Part shown: positions 50,001-59,689 of the stretch, piece by piece | How the letters are laid out: each line of letters begins with the position of its first letter | Position numbering within the stretch: the stretch's first letter is position 1 | From: a virus | Lineage: Duplodnaviria > Caudoviricetes | DNA length: 60,193 nt | Direction: 5' to 3' (one strand) | IMG/VR virus record: IMGVR_UViG_3300012201_000003 | Span: 1-60,193 of that record | The notes under the pieces: model-generated | Told to the model about the DNA's origin: nothing | The model's database searches: none | Seen by the model: the letters and a program-made list of their open reading frames with translations, nothing else | Translations under genes and position numbers: made by a program

Positions 50001-52569
50001 CGACCAGCAGGCCGAGGACCGCCGCGGCGGTGGCTGCCAGCGAGTCGGTGACGGTGACGCCGACGCTGAACGTGCCCGCCTGGACAGGGGTGCCCGAGAT
50101 GACCCCGGCGGAGGACAGGGTCAGCCCGGCAGGCAGGCTCCCGGATGTCAGCGACCACGTGTAGGCCGGGGTGCCCCCCGCGGCGGCCAGGGTCGCCGTG
50201 TAGGCGGTTCCGGTGGTTCCGCCGGGCAGGGTCGTGGTGGTTACCGTCAGCGACGTGACCGTGATGGACAGGGCGCGGGTGGCGGTGGTGTAGGCGTCGG
50301 CGGCCTGCACCGTGAATGACGAAGTTCCGCCCGTTGTGGGCGTGCCGGTGACCGCGCCGGTGGAGGCGTTGAGGGTAAGCCCGGCCGGGAGGGATCCCGA
50401 GATGGTGCTCCAGGTCAGCGACCCGACGCCGCCCGACGCGGCCACCGCCCCGGAGTACGCCTGGCCGATGACGCCGCCCGGCAGGCTGGCCGTGGCGACC
50501 GCGAGCTTCGCCGCGACGGTGACCGTCAGGGTCACGGTCGAGGTGGCGGCGGTGGCGTCGGTGACCTGGAACGTCACCGACTGCGACCCGGCGGCGGTGG
50601 GCGTGCCCGACAGCACCCCGGCCGAGGAGAACGCCAGGCCCGCGGGGAGCGTCCCGGACGCCTGCGACCAGGTGTAGGGCGTGGTGCCGTTCGCGGCGGC
50701 GAACGTCGCCGAGTAGGCGGACCCGGCCTCGGCGGCGGGCAGCGAGCTGGTCGTGACCGACACGGCGGTGACCGCGGCGATCGTGACCGAGTACGCCTGG
50801 GTGTCGGTGTGGCTGGCGGTGTCGGCGACCTGGACGGTGAAGTTGTACACCCCGGCCACGGTCGGCGTGCCGGTGATCACCCCCGCCGAGGACAGCGACA
50901 GCCCGGTCGGCAGCGTGCCGCTCGCCAGCGACCAGGTGTACGCCGGGGTGCCCCCGGCAGCGGCCAGGGTCGTTGACGGGTAGGCGGTGCCTGAGGTGCC
51001 GTTCGGCACGGTCGCGGTGGTGATGTTCAGCGCCGTCGTGCCCGAGGTGCCGTTCAGCGCGTCGAACCACTGGTCGAACAGGGCGTTCCGGTACTCGGTG
51101 ACCCCGTTCGGCGCCACCGACCCGTCCGGGACGGTGATCGCCGTCTCCTGCGTCAGCACCGAGTTGGAGTTGAACACCATGATGTCGGCGTTGGGCTTGC
51201 CCGCGGTCAGCCGCGCGGTGAAGAACGTCTTGACGTACCCGAAGTAGGCGGTGGCCTGCGCCTGCGTCTGCCCCGACGCCGGGTCCGTGCTGGAGTTGGC
51301 CTCCCACAGGCCGAACGGCTTCGGCGGGCTGGCGGCGTCCGCGATCGAGGCGGCGAGGTCGAGGCGTTCCCCGCCGTTGTACTCGCTGCAGTAGAAGTCG
51401 GTCGCGACCCGGTCCACCCACGCGTCGCCGGGGTAGTAGGCGTTCTCGCCGTGGTGGTTCACCGAGTAGATCGACGTGTCGAACGTCATCGGGAAGTACT
51501 GGCGGATCGTGGTCGCGTAGAACTGCCACCCGGCGACGAACAGCGACTGGGTGAGCCCGTCGGAGACGTGACCGGGCAGGCCGCTGCCGTAGGGCTCCTG
51601 CCACAGGCTGACCTCGGCGTTCAGGCCCGCGGTCTTCATCGCCGACAGGAACGTGTCCAGCGCGGCCAGGTCGGCGCTGGTCGGCGGGTTGAACGCCGGG
51701 CGCAGCGACATGCACACCTTGCGGCCCGCCGCGATGTCAGCCGCCAGGTCGGTGGGGACGGGGCTGCCGGCCGGGATCTGCTCCGTCGTGTAGTACTGGC
51801 GGCGGACCGTCAGCGTCCGCCCTGAGTCAGCCTGCCAGGTGTTGATGGCCTGCGCCTGCGTGGTCCCGGCCGGGAACGGCGACGACGGGACGTACGCGCC
51901 GACCAGCCCTGGCGTGCCCGTCGCCGGCGGGGCAGGGGAGAACGTGGCGACGACGCCGGCCCAGCCGTGCGCGTTGTCCGACGCCGTGTTCGACTTGCCT
52001 GTGACCGACACCGGGCCGCCGAGCGCGACCGACAGGTCGTAGCCGCCGTACAGGTGGTTGCCCGCCGACGCGGTGTCGGACCGGCCCAGGGTGAACCCGG
52101 CCGGGTCCGTCCACGTGACGGCGGCGGCAGTGGTGAAGTGCTCGTGGAAGCAGCACACCCAGAGGTCACCGGAGGCGGAGTTCGTGCCGCCGGCCACCGT
52201 GACCTGGGCGACCGTGCCGCCCGGCCCTGTCCCGTGAGAGTTCAGCACCCACGTCGCGTTGGCGACGTCGGTGTGGAACTCCTGCAGGTAGCCCTTGATG
52301 TTCGGCGTCCCGGAGGCCACCGAGCACAGGACCCCGGTGATGCCGCCCGGGTTGTTCGGGTAGTACCAGATCTCGGCGTGGGAGATGCCGCTGTTGCTCA
52401 GCCCGTCGGCCCTCTGCCAGCCGGCAGGCAGCGTCCACGCGTTGCCGCCGCCCTGGATCAGCCAGCAGACCAGCAGGTTCCCCGCCGTCGACGCGACACC
52501 CAGGGTGGGCGTGATCGATATCGCCGAGCCCGTCGCCTCAGGCGATATCTGCACCGACGTCGTGGTCAC
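47029..52569 (-). CDS. large tail protein: GH26-like domain, Ig (He_PIG) repeats, Dit-like, CBM-like and Gly-rich regions
   Basis: WQEP, YYPGDAWVD, KPFGLWE; four GxxPYTWS...LPxGL...GTPT-type repeats; follows the tape measure. Confidence 0.8.
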   Translation of the reverse strand: MTTTSVQISPEATGSAISITPTLGVASTAGNLLVCWLIQGGGNAWTLPAGWQRADGLSNSGISHAEIWYYPNNPGGITGVLCSVASGTPNIKGYLQEFHTDVANATWVLNSHGTGPGGTVAQVTVAGGTNSASGDLWVCCFHEHFTTAAAVTWTDPAGFTLGRSDTASAGNHLYGGYDLSVALGGPVSVTGKSNTASDNAHGWAGVVATFSPAPPATGTPGLVGAYVPSSPFPAGTTQAQAINTWQADSGRTLTVRRQYYTTEQIPAGSPVPTDLAADIAAGRKVCMSLRPAFNPPTSADLAALDTFLSAMKTAGLNAEVSLWQEPYGSGLPGHVSDGLTQSLFVAGWQFYATTIRQYFPMTFDTSIYSVNHHGENAYYPGDAWVDRVATDFYCSEYNGGERLDLAASIADAASPPKPFGLWEANSSTDPASGQTQAQATAYFGYVKTFFTARLTAGKPNADIMVFNSNSVLTQETAITVPDGSVAPNGVTEYRNALFDQWFDALNGTSGTTALNITTATVPNGTSGTAYPSTTLAAAGGTPAYTWSLASGTLPTGLSLSSAGVITGTPTVAGVYNFTVQVADTASHTDTQAYSVTIAAVTAVSVTTSSLPAAEAGSAYSATFAAANGTTPYTWSQASGTLPAGLAFSSAGVLSGTPTAAGSQSVTFQVTDATAATSTVTLTVTVAAKLAVATASLPGGVIGQAYSGAVAASGGVGSLTWSTISGSLPAGLTLNASTGAVTGTPTTGGTSSFTVQAADAYTTATRALSITVTSLTVTTTTLPGGTTGTAYTATLAAAGGTPAYTWSLTSGSLPAGLTLSSAGVISGTPVQAGTFSVGVTVTDSLAATAAAVLGLLVVSSGDSLLLTPDIELLAGGVASTIPACAGAVFLLVPGFDLSAPQPTANMVASMLDGERPAGQPHAANRQPSLPVKITAPDRATLAAAREVLIRAVSARTFTVTWTRAGGLPFVLDCYSAQATVVDYDLLKEASFVSNVLVSFEAHPYGRSDQPVTVDFPVPLSGRTPPASPVLIDDFSTVSGTRWSQALIGPGPFSAHYDPAGSGTGLVASYTRSGMGPLNLAGLNGLSVIAGFGASLFFPWWGQGQRGPVQFAFTLSDGTHSATTHVTRKVRTSGNASDPAFQRIHVPIPSGSSLNLAAITGYTIKISNRQAGDLQYTDVYLDTFRAVPYASAQQVQPASGNLVSLAGIAGSARSAVSLQFTQPPGSVQTVTRKWTTPGTFYWRAPGGLVSAQRTECTGPAGKGSTDTSGAGRAGGPGGEYAAEPGLPMTAGALQTIVVPHGGQGPAGTPGDAKFTTDLGVTVRGHGGANMADNVSTGVAGATGYAPIQQLAGQNSSFDGGIGNWVGTGNGTATADATQHQAGTGSLKLTSTASGDMSAGSCLAANYASQGEPCDPLLPVVVNGYAKAATTVRACSLGAEFWDSNGVSLGTLYGADLNNSTSAFVALTQATLSPPSGAVWCRARARVKATAAGSEAHWFDTVTLTSGAANAGGAGGSGSGTAGGGGGGAGGPDGAGSAGQAGSSGGAGGTGGGGDAGRGGQGGTGVAQYGSPGRPGGGGGGGAGQRLLLPDLAGYGGDAKVAVTYTQTIGWKTLVVHQPGFDAPDTFTPWCALSANDPPDGTAEYTLPQLIDGSAARFGDPDRPFTVTVYVVASSWHNPSAARTVTATVRQYEQAGGTVYPAAASQSITPANLKSPLVLLGELTLPVSAMPLDNTGGYFTVAITSGDTADRFQDALFLDTLGSTVVVQSPTGYTSYWVDEPAGSAEIGNIMGSMFDRGQAVSVLGSADVSGPPLHVDPFGNQTLLAYSPDGAPACQLTHFSRWQLERLA

Positions 52570-52572
52570 GGC

Positions 52573-55536
52573 TTACCTCGGGGAGTACTCGGCGCGGAAC
52601 GCGGCCCGGCGGGACGGCCCGCCGAGCGCGGCGGCGACCCCGGCGGCGGTGCTGCGGGCGTTGTCGTCGACGGCGCCGATCAGCTCGCCGAGCAGCCCCG
52701 CGATGTAGTCCAGCTTCTCGCCGACGTCGGACCCGGCCACGTACTCGCGGCCGGACTCGGCGAAACTGTGCCGCCGCCCGGTACGCAGCCCAACACCGAC
52801 GACGGGCTCGTCGATCCACCCGCCCCGGCGGAACGACCGGCCCGGCGGGATCCCGAACCCGCCGAACGGCCCCGACGTCGTGAACGGGCTGATGATCGTC
52901 CCGAACCCGGTGCCGTACGCGTTGACCATCCGGTTCGCGCCGACCACGATGCCGACGTGGCCGGCGTTGGCTGCGGTGCCGTCGGCGCCGGCGAAGAATG
53001 CCAGCGCCCCCGCCATGGGGAACCCGATGTGCCGCGCCCAGTGCTGCTGCTCGGCTGCGGTGCGCGGGATGCCGCTGATCCCGGCCCGGCGGTAGAGGTT
53101 GAACGTCATGCCGGAGCAGTCCCACCCGGCGGGCGTGGTGCCGCCCCACACGTACGGCACCCTGCCGACGTAGGACAGCGCCATCCGGGCGATCGTCGCG
53201 CCGAGGACGGTGGTGAACACGCCCGACGTCAGCATCATCTGGGCGAGCTTCTCGACCGGCGGCCAGACCGCCGCCTGGATGACCGGCTTGGCCGGCAGGC
53301 TCGCCGTGACCGACACCCCGCCCGGCCGGCCGCCCTGGGCCATCTTCGGGAACCGTTTCGCGTTGACGGCCTCCATGAACGCCTGGCCGTAGTAGTCGAC
53401 GGCGGCGGCGTTGTGCACGAACTCCTTGTTGGACAGGGCGTAGAGCCCGGCCGTGTCGGAGGTGCCCGTGCCCGGCCCGGTGACCAGCCCGCCGGCCGCC
53501 AGGGTGTGCTTGCCCTGGCCGGGTGCCTGGAACGTCCCGCCGAACGCCACCCCGACGTTCACGGTCCGGTTGTTGATGCCGGTCAGCGACCCGTTGACGT
53601 CCCGGCGGAACTGGTCGAACTTGGCGGCGGCTTCCTTGAGTTTGTCGCCGAGTCCGGGGATCCAGCCGAGCATGTCCGCTGCGCCGTGCAGGATCATGCC
53701 GAAGTAGCCGAGCACCTTGTCGGCCAGCCACGCGATGCCCTTGCGGATCGCGGTCGTCACGGTGTCGAAAACCGAGCCGACGAAATGCCAGGCGGTGACC
53801 GCAGCGTCACGCACCGTCCGCCATGCTGCCGGGACGGTCTTGGTGAAGAACGGCAGGAAAGTCTGCGTGAACCAGGACACAACGGCCCGCACCGCGACCA
53901 GGATGGCCTGCCACACGGCCTGCACGAAGTCGCGGAACCACCTGAAGTGCTTGTAGGCGTAGACCACCCCGACGACCAGCGCGGCGACCGCGATGATGAC
54001 CAGCCCGATCGGGTTGGCATCCAGGGCGACGTTCCACAGCCACTGCGCAGCCGCAGCGATCTTGCTGGCGATGGCCTCAGCCTTCTGCGCCACCGCCGCC
54101 GCGAACGCCGCCACCCTGGCCGCCACGACCCGGGCCGTGTTCTCGGCCCATGCCGCCGAGCTGAGCACCGTAGCCTTCGTCCAGAGCGCCATCGTCTTAG
54201 CGCCGGACCCGATCGTGGTTATCAGCGACTTGACTTTCCCGCCGATCGTCCCGGCGGTGCCGGTGAACTCTGACGCGGCGGCGTTGGCGTTGCGGAACCC
54301 GGCGGAGAAGTCGAACAGCCACTGCCGGGCGGTCTTGATGTTCGCGAAGGTGGTCGTGATGCCGTCCTTGACTGACTTCAGCGGGCCGATGGTCTGCCCG
54401 AGCGCCGACTTGGCCAGCAGCATGTACATCACGAACTGGACGAGGCCCTTGTTCCGGGACAAGGTGGCCAGGATGCTGGTCAGCGGGCCGAGGAGCTGGA
54501 GCAGCGCCTTGCTGTTCGCCGGGGTCGAGATCCCCGCCATGTTGGCCCCGACGTTCTTGAGAACCATGACCAGGTTCTTCAGGATCGCGGTGACCAGCGG
54601 CGTGTCCTGCTTGAACATCGCCATCAGCGCCTGGAACCCGGAGTGCCGGCCGAGGGTCTGCCCCCACTGGGCGAACTTGGCCGCGCCGCGCTCGATGACC
54701 CCGGTCACCTTGATCGCCTCGGGCGCGAAGGCGCGCATGATCCCGCCGACGCCGACGAAGATGTGGCCGATGGTCCGCCCGAGGTTGACGATGGTAGCGA
54801 AGATCGCGGGGCCCATGGCCTTGACCCACCGGGCGAACCCGCCGCCCTTGACCGCCGCCGTCACGTCGTTAACCAGGAGCTGGATCGCGCCTGACGCGGT
54901 GCGCACCGCCGGGGACAGCGCCTTCAGCAGCGGGTGGACCAGCCGGAGGCCCTGGGTCAGGGGGGTCAGGACGGGCTTCTCCAGCCCGGTCGCCCACGCC
55001 CGGTACTGGGTCTTGGTCTTGTCGAGCTGGTTCCAGAACGCCAGGAACGCCGGCGACAGGCCCTTGAGCATGAGGGTGAGCTGCTTCTGCGCGGCCTTGC
55101 TGCCGCCGGCTGCCTGCTGCTGGAGCGTGGTGAGCTTCTTGATCGTCGTCATGACGTTGGACATGACGAGGCCGTACGCGCCGAGGCCGACAGCCCCGGC
55201 GGAGAACGCCGCCGCCACGCCGCCGGCCACCACGATCAGGCCGGACATCGCGGGCTCCAGCAGCCCGGTGGCCAGGTTGATGCCGAGCATCACCTTGGAG
55301 TACAGGCCCATCTTGCCGGTGTTCTTGCCGAGCGCGTTGCCGACCCCGAAGATCGACCCGGTCAGCCCGGCCAGGCTGACCTGAGACGATTTCGCCGCCG
55401 CGTCCTGCCGCTTCAGCGCCGCGTCGTTCCGGGCTACAGCGCCGTTAGCCCGGTCGACGCTCCGGGCGAACCGGTCGAACGCCGACGACCCCCGGTCGTC
55501 TCCGAGAATGATGAAGCGCAGGTTCGAGGCTGGCAC
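52573..55536 (-). CDS. tape measure protein with NlpC/P60 domain
   Basis: ANPIG, periodic W/F repeats, [14 protein letters not shown]...WDCSG...GHVG. Confidence 0.92.
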   Translation of the reverse strand: MPASNLRFIILGDDRGSSAFDRFARSVDRANGAVARNDAALKRQDAAAKSSQVSLAGLTGSIFGVGNALGKNTGKMGLYSKVMLGINLATGLLEPAMSGLIVVAGGVAAAFSAGAVGLGAYGLVMSNVMTTIKKLTTLQQQAAGGSKAAQKQLTLMLKGLSPAFLAFWNQLDKTKTQYRAWATGLEKPVLTPLTQGLRLVHPLLKALSPAVRTASGAIQLLVNDVTAAVKGGGFARWVKAMGPAIFATIVNLGRTIGHIFVGVGGIMRAFAPEAIKVTGVIERGAAKFAQWGQTLGRHSGFQALMAMFKQDTPLVTAILKNLVMVLKNVGANMAGISTPANSKALLQLLGPLTSILATLSRNKGLVQFVMYMLLAKSALGQTIGPLKSVKDGITTTFANIKTARQWLFDFSAGFRNANAAASEFTGTAGTIGGKVKSLITTIGSGAKTMALWTKATVLSSAAWAENTARVVAARVAAFAAAVAQKAEAIASKIAAAAQWLWNVALDANPIGLVIIAVAALVVGVVYAYKHFRWFRDFVQAVWQAILVAVRAVVSWFTQTFLPFFTKTVPAAWRTVRDAAVTAWHFVGSVFDTVTTAIRKGIAWLADKVLGYFGMILHGAADMLGWIPGLGDKLKEAAAKFDQFRRDVNGSLTGINNRTVNVGVAFGGTFQAPGQGKHTLAAGGLVTGPGTGTSDTAGLYALSNKEFVHNAAAVDYYGQAFMEAVNAKRFPKMAQGGRPGGVSVTASLPAKPVIQAAVWPPVEKLAQMMLTSGVFTTVLGATIARMALSYVGRVPYVWGGTTPAGWDCSGMTFNLYRRAGISGIPRTAAEQQHWARHIGFPMAGALAFFAGADGTAANAGHVGIVVGANRMVNAYGTGFGTIISPFTTSGPFGGFGIPPGRSFRRGGWIDEPVVGVGLRTGRRHSFAESGREYVAGSDVGEKLDYIAGLLGELIGAVDDNARSTAAGVAAALGGPSRRAAFRAEYSPR

Positions 55537-55551
55537 CCGGTGGCGCTCCCT

Positions 55552-56106
55552 TCAGGACAACTGGCGCATGACGTCATCGATGGCGCGCTGGCAGGCGGCC
55601 CGCAGCCGCCCGGCGCGGGCAACGACCGGCAGCTCGAACCACCCGGTCGTGCCGTGCTGTCTCACCCACGTCCAGGCGCCGGCCTTGACCTGCGCCGGGC
55701 TCGCGAACCCCCGCCACTTGCGGGCGCGGGACGGCGCGAGAGTGAACCGTGCCCCGCGCGCGAACACCGGGTGCGACCAGCCCTTGGCCCGGTCGGTGTA
55801 GGCCGGCAGGTTCCGTTTGCCCTCGGGCATCCGGCTGCCGAGCGAGCTGATCGTCACCTTCACGCCCCGGCTGGTCACCGTCGCGGACGTGGTGATGGTG
55901 GCCGCGATCTCCTCCCGCAGCCCCTCCTGGTATCTGGCGGCCGGCATGTCGAGCGCGGACCGGCGGACCGCGTCAGCCGCCGGCGCCACCTCGTCGCGGA
56001 GCCGCTTGTACAGCGCGCGCCGCAGCTTCGGGTCGGCGGCCTTCAGCCGCACCGCCAGCAATTCCATCTGCGGGACGCCGGGCCCCGTCACCCTCGCCGT
56101 GCTCAC
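55552..56106 (-). CDS. tail-associated (HK97 gp10-like) protein
   Basis: Basic; WSHPVF motif; position. Confidence 0.55.
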   Translation of the reverse strand: MSTARVTGPGVPQMELLAVRLKAADPKLRRALYKRLRDEVAPAADAVRRSALDMPAARYQEGLREEIAATITTSATVTSRGVKVTISSLGSRMPEGKRNLPAYTDRAKGWSHPVFARGARFTLAPSRARKWRGFASPAQVKAGAWTWVRQHGTTGWFELPVVARAGRLRAACQRAIDDVMRQLS

Positions 56107-56294
56107 CGCCGCCGCCTCCGCTCCTGCGCCGCCTCAGCGTCCGCCCGCGCCCGCTCCTCGGCCCGGATCCGGTCCTCCGCGACCCACTCGGCGATCTCCA
56201 GCGACGAGATGCGGCGGAGCAACTCGGCGACCGTCATGCCGAGCCGCTCCGCTAGGTCGAAGTAGTAGCGCCGTTCAGGGCTGGCCCGGAGTCT
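56103..56294 (-). CDS. tail assembly chaperone GT extension (-1 frame)
   Basis: After slippery GGAAAAA the -1 frame reads RRYYFDLAERLGMTVAELLRRISSLEIAEW. Confidence 0.8.
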   Translation of the reverse strand, partial: RLRASPERRYYFDLAERLGMTVAELLRRISSLEIAEWVAEDRIRAEERARADAEAAQERRRRR

Positions 56295-56725
56295 TTTTCC
56301 AGGCCAGCGATGTCCTCCTCCTCAAGCCCGGACAGCCGGGCGGCGACCTCGAACACCCGGCCCAGCGCCGCCGCCGACTTGGCGCCGAGCAGGTCGATGT
56401 CGTGCTGGGTGAACAGCGGCTCGCCTGTCTCGCCGACGACGCACTGCGCGACGAGCTTCGCGGACACGTTGCGGGTGTCGCGTCCGATGATCTGCCCGCC
56501 CCGGGCCACCGCCATGGAGGTGAAGTACGCGTCGCGGTCCTTGCCGGACAGGCCGCGCACGCGGACCATGCCGCCCCACTCGGGCACCTCCACGTCCTCG
56601 GCTGGCAGATCCTGGGCGGCGAGGATGTCGTCGCGGCCGAGCAGCCGGGCCGGCGCGGGCGCGTGCGGCAGGCCCAGCTCCGATTCGAGCTGCGTGATGT
56701 GGCCGTAGTCGGGTGTCTCGCTCAT
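56252..56725 (-). CDS. tail assembly chaperone G
   Basis: LLGRDDILAA.DL...VEVPEWGG.VRVRGLSG...LSG. Confidence 0.88.
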   Translation of the reverse strand: MSETPDYGHITQLESELGLPHAPAPARLLGRDDILAAQDLPAEDVEVPEWGGMVRVRGLSGKDRDAYFTSMAVARGGQIIGRDTRNVSAKLVAQCVVGETGEPLFTQHDIDLLGAKSAAALGRVFEVAARLSGLEEEDIAGLEKDSGPALNGATTST

Positions 56726-56757
56726 GCTCGGGTTCCCCCTATGGTCAGCGGGCCGGG

Positions 56758-57240
56758 TCAGGCCGGGATGGTGACGTTCTCCGCCGGAGCGCGGGTCACG
56801 TAGAAGATCAGGTTGATGGTCCCGGGGGTGCCGATCGCGTTGGGCTTGCCCTGCGACCCGACCTTGACCGGGAACACGTCGCACTTCCTGCCCGCGACGT
56901 CCCCGCCGGGCATCTTCACGATGAAACCGGTCGTGTTCCGGGGGAGCAGCGTCCGCACGTCCGCCGAGGCGACGTCGGCGTACAAGTTCAGGGTCGTGCC
57001 CTCGGCGATGACGTTGCCCGGGATCTGCGGGGTGAAAGCCGCCGCGTAGTCGGGGGTGTCAATGGCCTCGGAGCTGATCGCCCAGTCACCCGCCTCCGCC
57101 AGCTCCGGGGTCAGGTCCGTGCCGGCGTTGATCTCGGCGCGGGTCGGCGAGGCGATGTTCGCGCAGGCGGGCAGGAAGTTGTAGTGCGTGACGCCCTGCG
57201 GGACGTACCTGTTCGACGCGGCGATGGGGGTGGCGGGCAT
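56758..57240 (-). CDS. major tail (tube) protein
   Basis: SPTRAEINAGTDLT...CDVFPV. Confidence 0.85.
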   Translation of the reverse strand: MPATPIAASNRYVPQGVTHYNFLPACANIASPTRAEINAGTDLTPELAEAGDWAISSEAIDTPDYAAAFTPQIPGNVIAEGTTLNLYADVASADVRTLLPRNTTGFIVKMPGGDVAGRKCDVFPVKVGSQGKPNAIGTPGTINLIFYVTRAPAENVTIPA

Positions 57241-57243
57241 CGG

Positions 57244-57480
57244 CTACTCCTCGTTTCCGGCGGATTCCCTGGCCGCCTTGGCGGATTCCCTGGCGGCCTT
57301 CGCGGCCTGGGCCTTCGTTATCGGCTCCGGCTCCGGCCCGGGGGTGTCCTGCGCCGCCTGCTCGTCGTCGGTCAGGAGCCGCCACCCGGCCCGGTAGTGG
57401 TGCGGCAGCGACTCGGCGGGGACCTCAGCGACTGACCCGTCCGACGGGTGGATGATCTTCACGTGCGCGGGCTCTGACAT
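57244..57480 (-). CDS. small virion-module protein
   Basis: HP...AGW motif; AKAARES twice. Confidence 0.6.
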   Translation of the reverse strand: MSEPAHVKIIHPSDGSVAEVPAESLPHHYRAGWRLLTDDEQAAQDTPGPEPEPITKAQAAKAARESAKAARESAGNEE

Positions 57481-57490
57481 GCGGGGCCTC

Positions 57491-57868
57491 CTACTGGCTG
57501 ATCGCGACGACGGCGCCGCTGACGGTGCCCGCCGCGATGTCGATGGTGGCGAGCCCCGTAACCGGGTCCGCGTAGACGGCTGCGGGCAGCGGGATGACCG
57601 TGATGGCGCCGACCGTCGCCGGCAGGGTGATCCGCCGGGCGGGCGCGGCAGCACCGGCCGGCGTCGCGGCGGGCAGGCCGTCGACGGTGGCGTCGCTGCG
57701 CACGCGCACGTCGACATTGACCGTGGACGCGGCGCCGTTGACGAGCATCAGCCCGATGCCCGCGCCGCACGGCGCCGTATGGGTGAAACCGCCGAGCGCA
57801 GCAGACTGGACCGCCGGGTTCAGCCCGGCGTGCCCCGCTACCTGTGTGGTGAAGGCCGTGGCCGCCAT
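57491..57868 (-). CDS. structural protein
   Basis: Beta-rich; position. Confidence 0.6.
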   Translation of the reverse strand: MAATAFTTQVAGHAGLNPAVQSAALGGFTHTAPCGAGIGLMLVNGAASTVNVDVRVRSDATVDGLPAATPAGAAAPARRITLPATVGAITVIPLPAAVYADPVTGLATIDIAAGTVSGAVVAISQ

Positions 57869-57879
57869 CGGTGCTCCTT

Positions 57880-58341
57880 CTAGGTGATGGTGTAGGCGTC
57901 GCAGTTGACGGTGAAGCGCAGCCGGGCGAGCGCCCCGGAGTTGGTCTGGTCGCCGCGCAGCGACCAGTCCGACAGCGACGCGTTCAGGACCGCGCCGCCG
58001 AGGGTGCTGTCCGCGCGGAGCAGGTCGCCGACCAATCCGTGCAGCGCCAGGGCCCGGTCACGGGCGGCGGCCAGATCCTGGTCGCCGTTCAGCACGCTGG
58101 CAGAGCAGTGGATGTCGTAGTTCTCCCGGTCGCGTGTCCCGGCCATGCCCTCCGGGGTGATGGTGCCCTCGATCGCGTACTCGTCGGTGCCGCCCGTGTA
58201 GCCGACCGACAGGCACTCCGGGTTCGCCGTGCTGGCCAGCCCCGGCCCGTCGGTGATGTCCGCCCCGGCCAGGAACGCCGTCGTGCGCAGCGCGGACAGG
58301 AGCGCCGTGGTCGCGGCCCCCGACGACGACCTGTAGCTCAT
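57880..58341 (-). CDS. tail terminator-like protein
   Basis: DGP, LSVG, LRADSTLGG.V. Confidence 0.75.
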   Translation of the reverse strand: MSYRSSSGAATTALLSALRTTAFLAGADITDGPGLASTANPECLSVGYTGGTDEYAIEGTITPEGMAGTRDRENYDIHCSASVLNGDQDLAAARDRALALHGLVGDLLRADSTLGGAVLNASLSDWSLRGDQTNSGALARLRFTVNCDAYTIT

Positions 58342-58886
58342 GCAGGCTCCATCACTCCGTCGCGGATGAACCCGTGCCACCCGTCCGGCTGGTTATGCCA
58401 GATCGACGGTGACACCGTGATCCGGGGCGGCGTCCCGGTGACCGTCCACTTCCCGCCGCCAGTCGCGGCCTGCGTCGTGACCCATGACCCCCCGTCCGGC
58501 AGGATGATGAGCCACGACTCGCCGCCGAAGTGCCGGTCAGCCCACGGCACGCGGACCATCGCGCCGGGCGGTGCCTCCTGAAGCGACCCCCACAAGATGA
58601 ACTCGGTGCCGTCCGGCAGCCGGTAGACGGCGCAGTCGTTCCGCTGCCACTCGTCAGCCGCTGCGAACTCATAGCCGCAGGCGCACCTCGCGGGCCACCG
58701 CCGGTCATCATGCGGCCAGTTGTCGCCGTGCACCGCCTCATGCTCGGCTTCGCTCACCTCGCCGAGAGACACGGACGCGTCGTGGTAGCCGGAGACGGGG
58801 CAGTCACCCGCGCCGTGCTTGAACCGCCGCAGCGACCGCCGGTAACGGCCGGACGGCTCCGCGACCACGAGCGGGATGCCGGTCAC
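58338..58886 (-). CDS. DUF6527-like protein
   Basis: WPARCACG, ITVSPSI, WHGFIRDG. Confidence 0.7.
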   Translation of the reverse strand: MTGIPLVVAEPSGRYRRSLRRFKHGAGDCPVSGYHDASVSLGEVSEAEHEAVHGDNWPHDDRRWPARCACGYEFAAADEWQRNDCAVYRLPDGTEFILWGSLQEAPPGAMVRVPWADRHFGGESWLIILPDGGSWVTTQAATGGGKWTVTGTPPRITVSPSIWHNQPDGWHGFIRDGVMEPA

Positions 58887-59689
58887 GATGACGGCACCAT
58901 GTCCTGCTCCAGCAGCTCCAGCACCCGGCGCGGCACCGAGAACGACCAGCCCGACGTCGTCGTGTAGACCTCCTCGCCCTGGATCAGCACCGGGGCCTGC
59001 CCGCCGCGCTGCGTCTCCCACAGATGCCGCACCTGCTCCTTGCACGCCTGCAACCACGGCTCCCGCATCACCTTCCGGCCGGCCGTGTACGCCACATCCC
59101 ACGGCCCCCACCAGAACGGGAACAGCGGCGCCGCCGGGCGCACGATCCCGGCTTCGAGGTCCGGGTTCAACTGCGCCGTCGTCCACGACGGGCCCGACGG
59201 CCACACCGACGTCACCGACTCCACCGACAGCACCGGCCGGTTCGGCAGCACCAGGCTCCACGCCTCGCCGCCGTCGACCCGGCTGGTGAACGACCGCCGC
59301 ACGCACTTGCCGACCTTGTCCTCGACCATCTCGGTAGCGGCCTGGATGAAGTTCCGCAGCTCGTCGTCGTTGACCGACGACTTGGCGTTCAGGTGCAGCT
59401 TCATCTCCCCCAGGCCGACCATCGCCACGTACTGGCGGACGTTGAACACGTCCGCGCCCGCCCCATCGGGCTGGGTCGTGACCCACGACTCCTGGAACAG
59501 CCCGGCCATCGCCGGCTTGTAGTCCACAACCAGCAGCCCGGTTGTGGACGGCGGCAGCGGCACCGCCGGCGTGTCGACCGTGCCGTCGGGCAGCTCGATC
59601 GTCAGGACCGCCGACGCCGGGTTCGCCGGGTTCCCGCTGGCGTCGACGACGGCGAGGGTGGCCCGGTAGGTCTGCCCGAGGTCGATCAC
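58883..59689 (-). CDS. head-tail connector/adaptor
   Basis: EMKLHLN...DDEL..FI.AAT; PVLSVESV; YTAG; HLWETQRG. Confidence 0.85.
   Translation of the reverse strand: MIDLGQTYRATLAVVDASGNPANPASAVLTIELPDGTVDTPAVPLPPSTTGLLVVDYKPAMAGLFQESWVTTQPDGAGADVFNVRQYVAMVGLGEMKLHLNAKSSVNDDELRNFIQAATEMVEDKVGKCVRRSFTSRVDGGEAWSLVLPNRPVLSVESVTSVWPSGPSWTTAQLNPDLEAGIVRPAAPLFPFWWGPWDVAYTAGRKVMREPWLQACKEQVRHLWETQRGGQAPVLIQGEEVYTTTSGWSFSVPRRVLELLEQDMVPSS

Noticed and set aside
50040-51030. DGR template/variable repeats
   Set aside because: These are diverged Ig-domain coding repeats; no reverse transcriptase or adenine-specific variation is seen.
748-56265. Many long R/P/A/G-rich ORFs, such as 14823-16727, 48779-51715 and 51967-54273
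   Set aside because: Shadow frames of real genes, typical of high-GC DNA.
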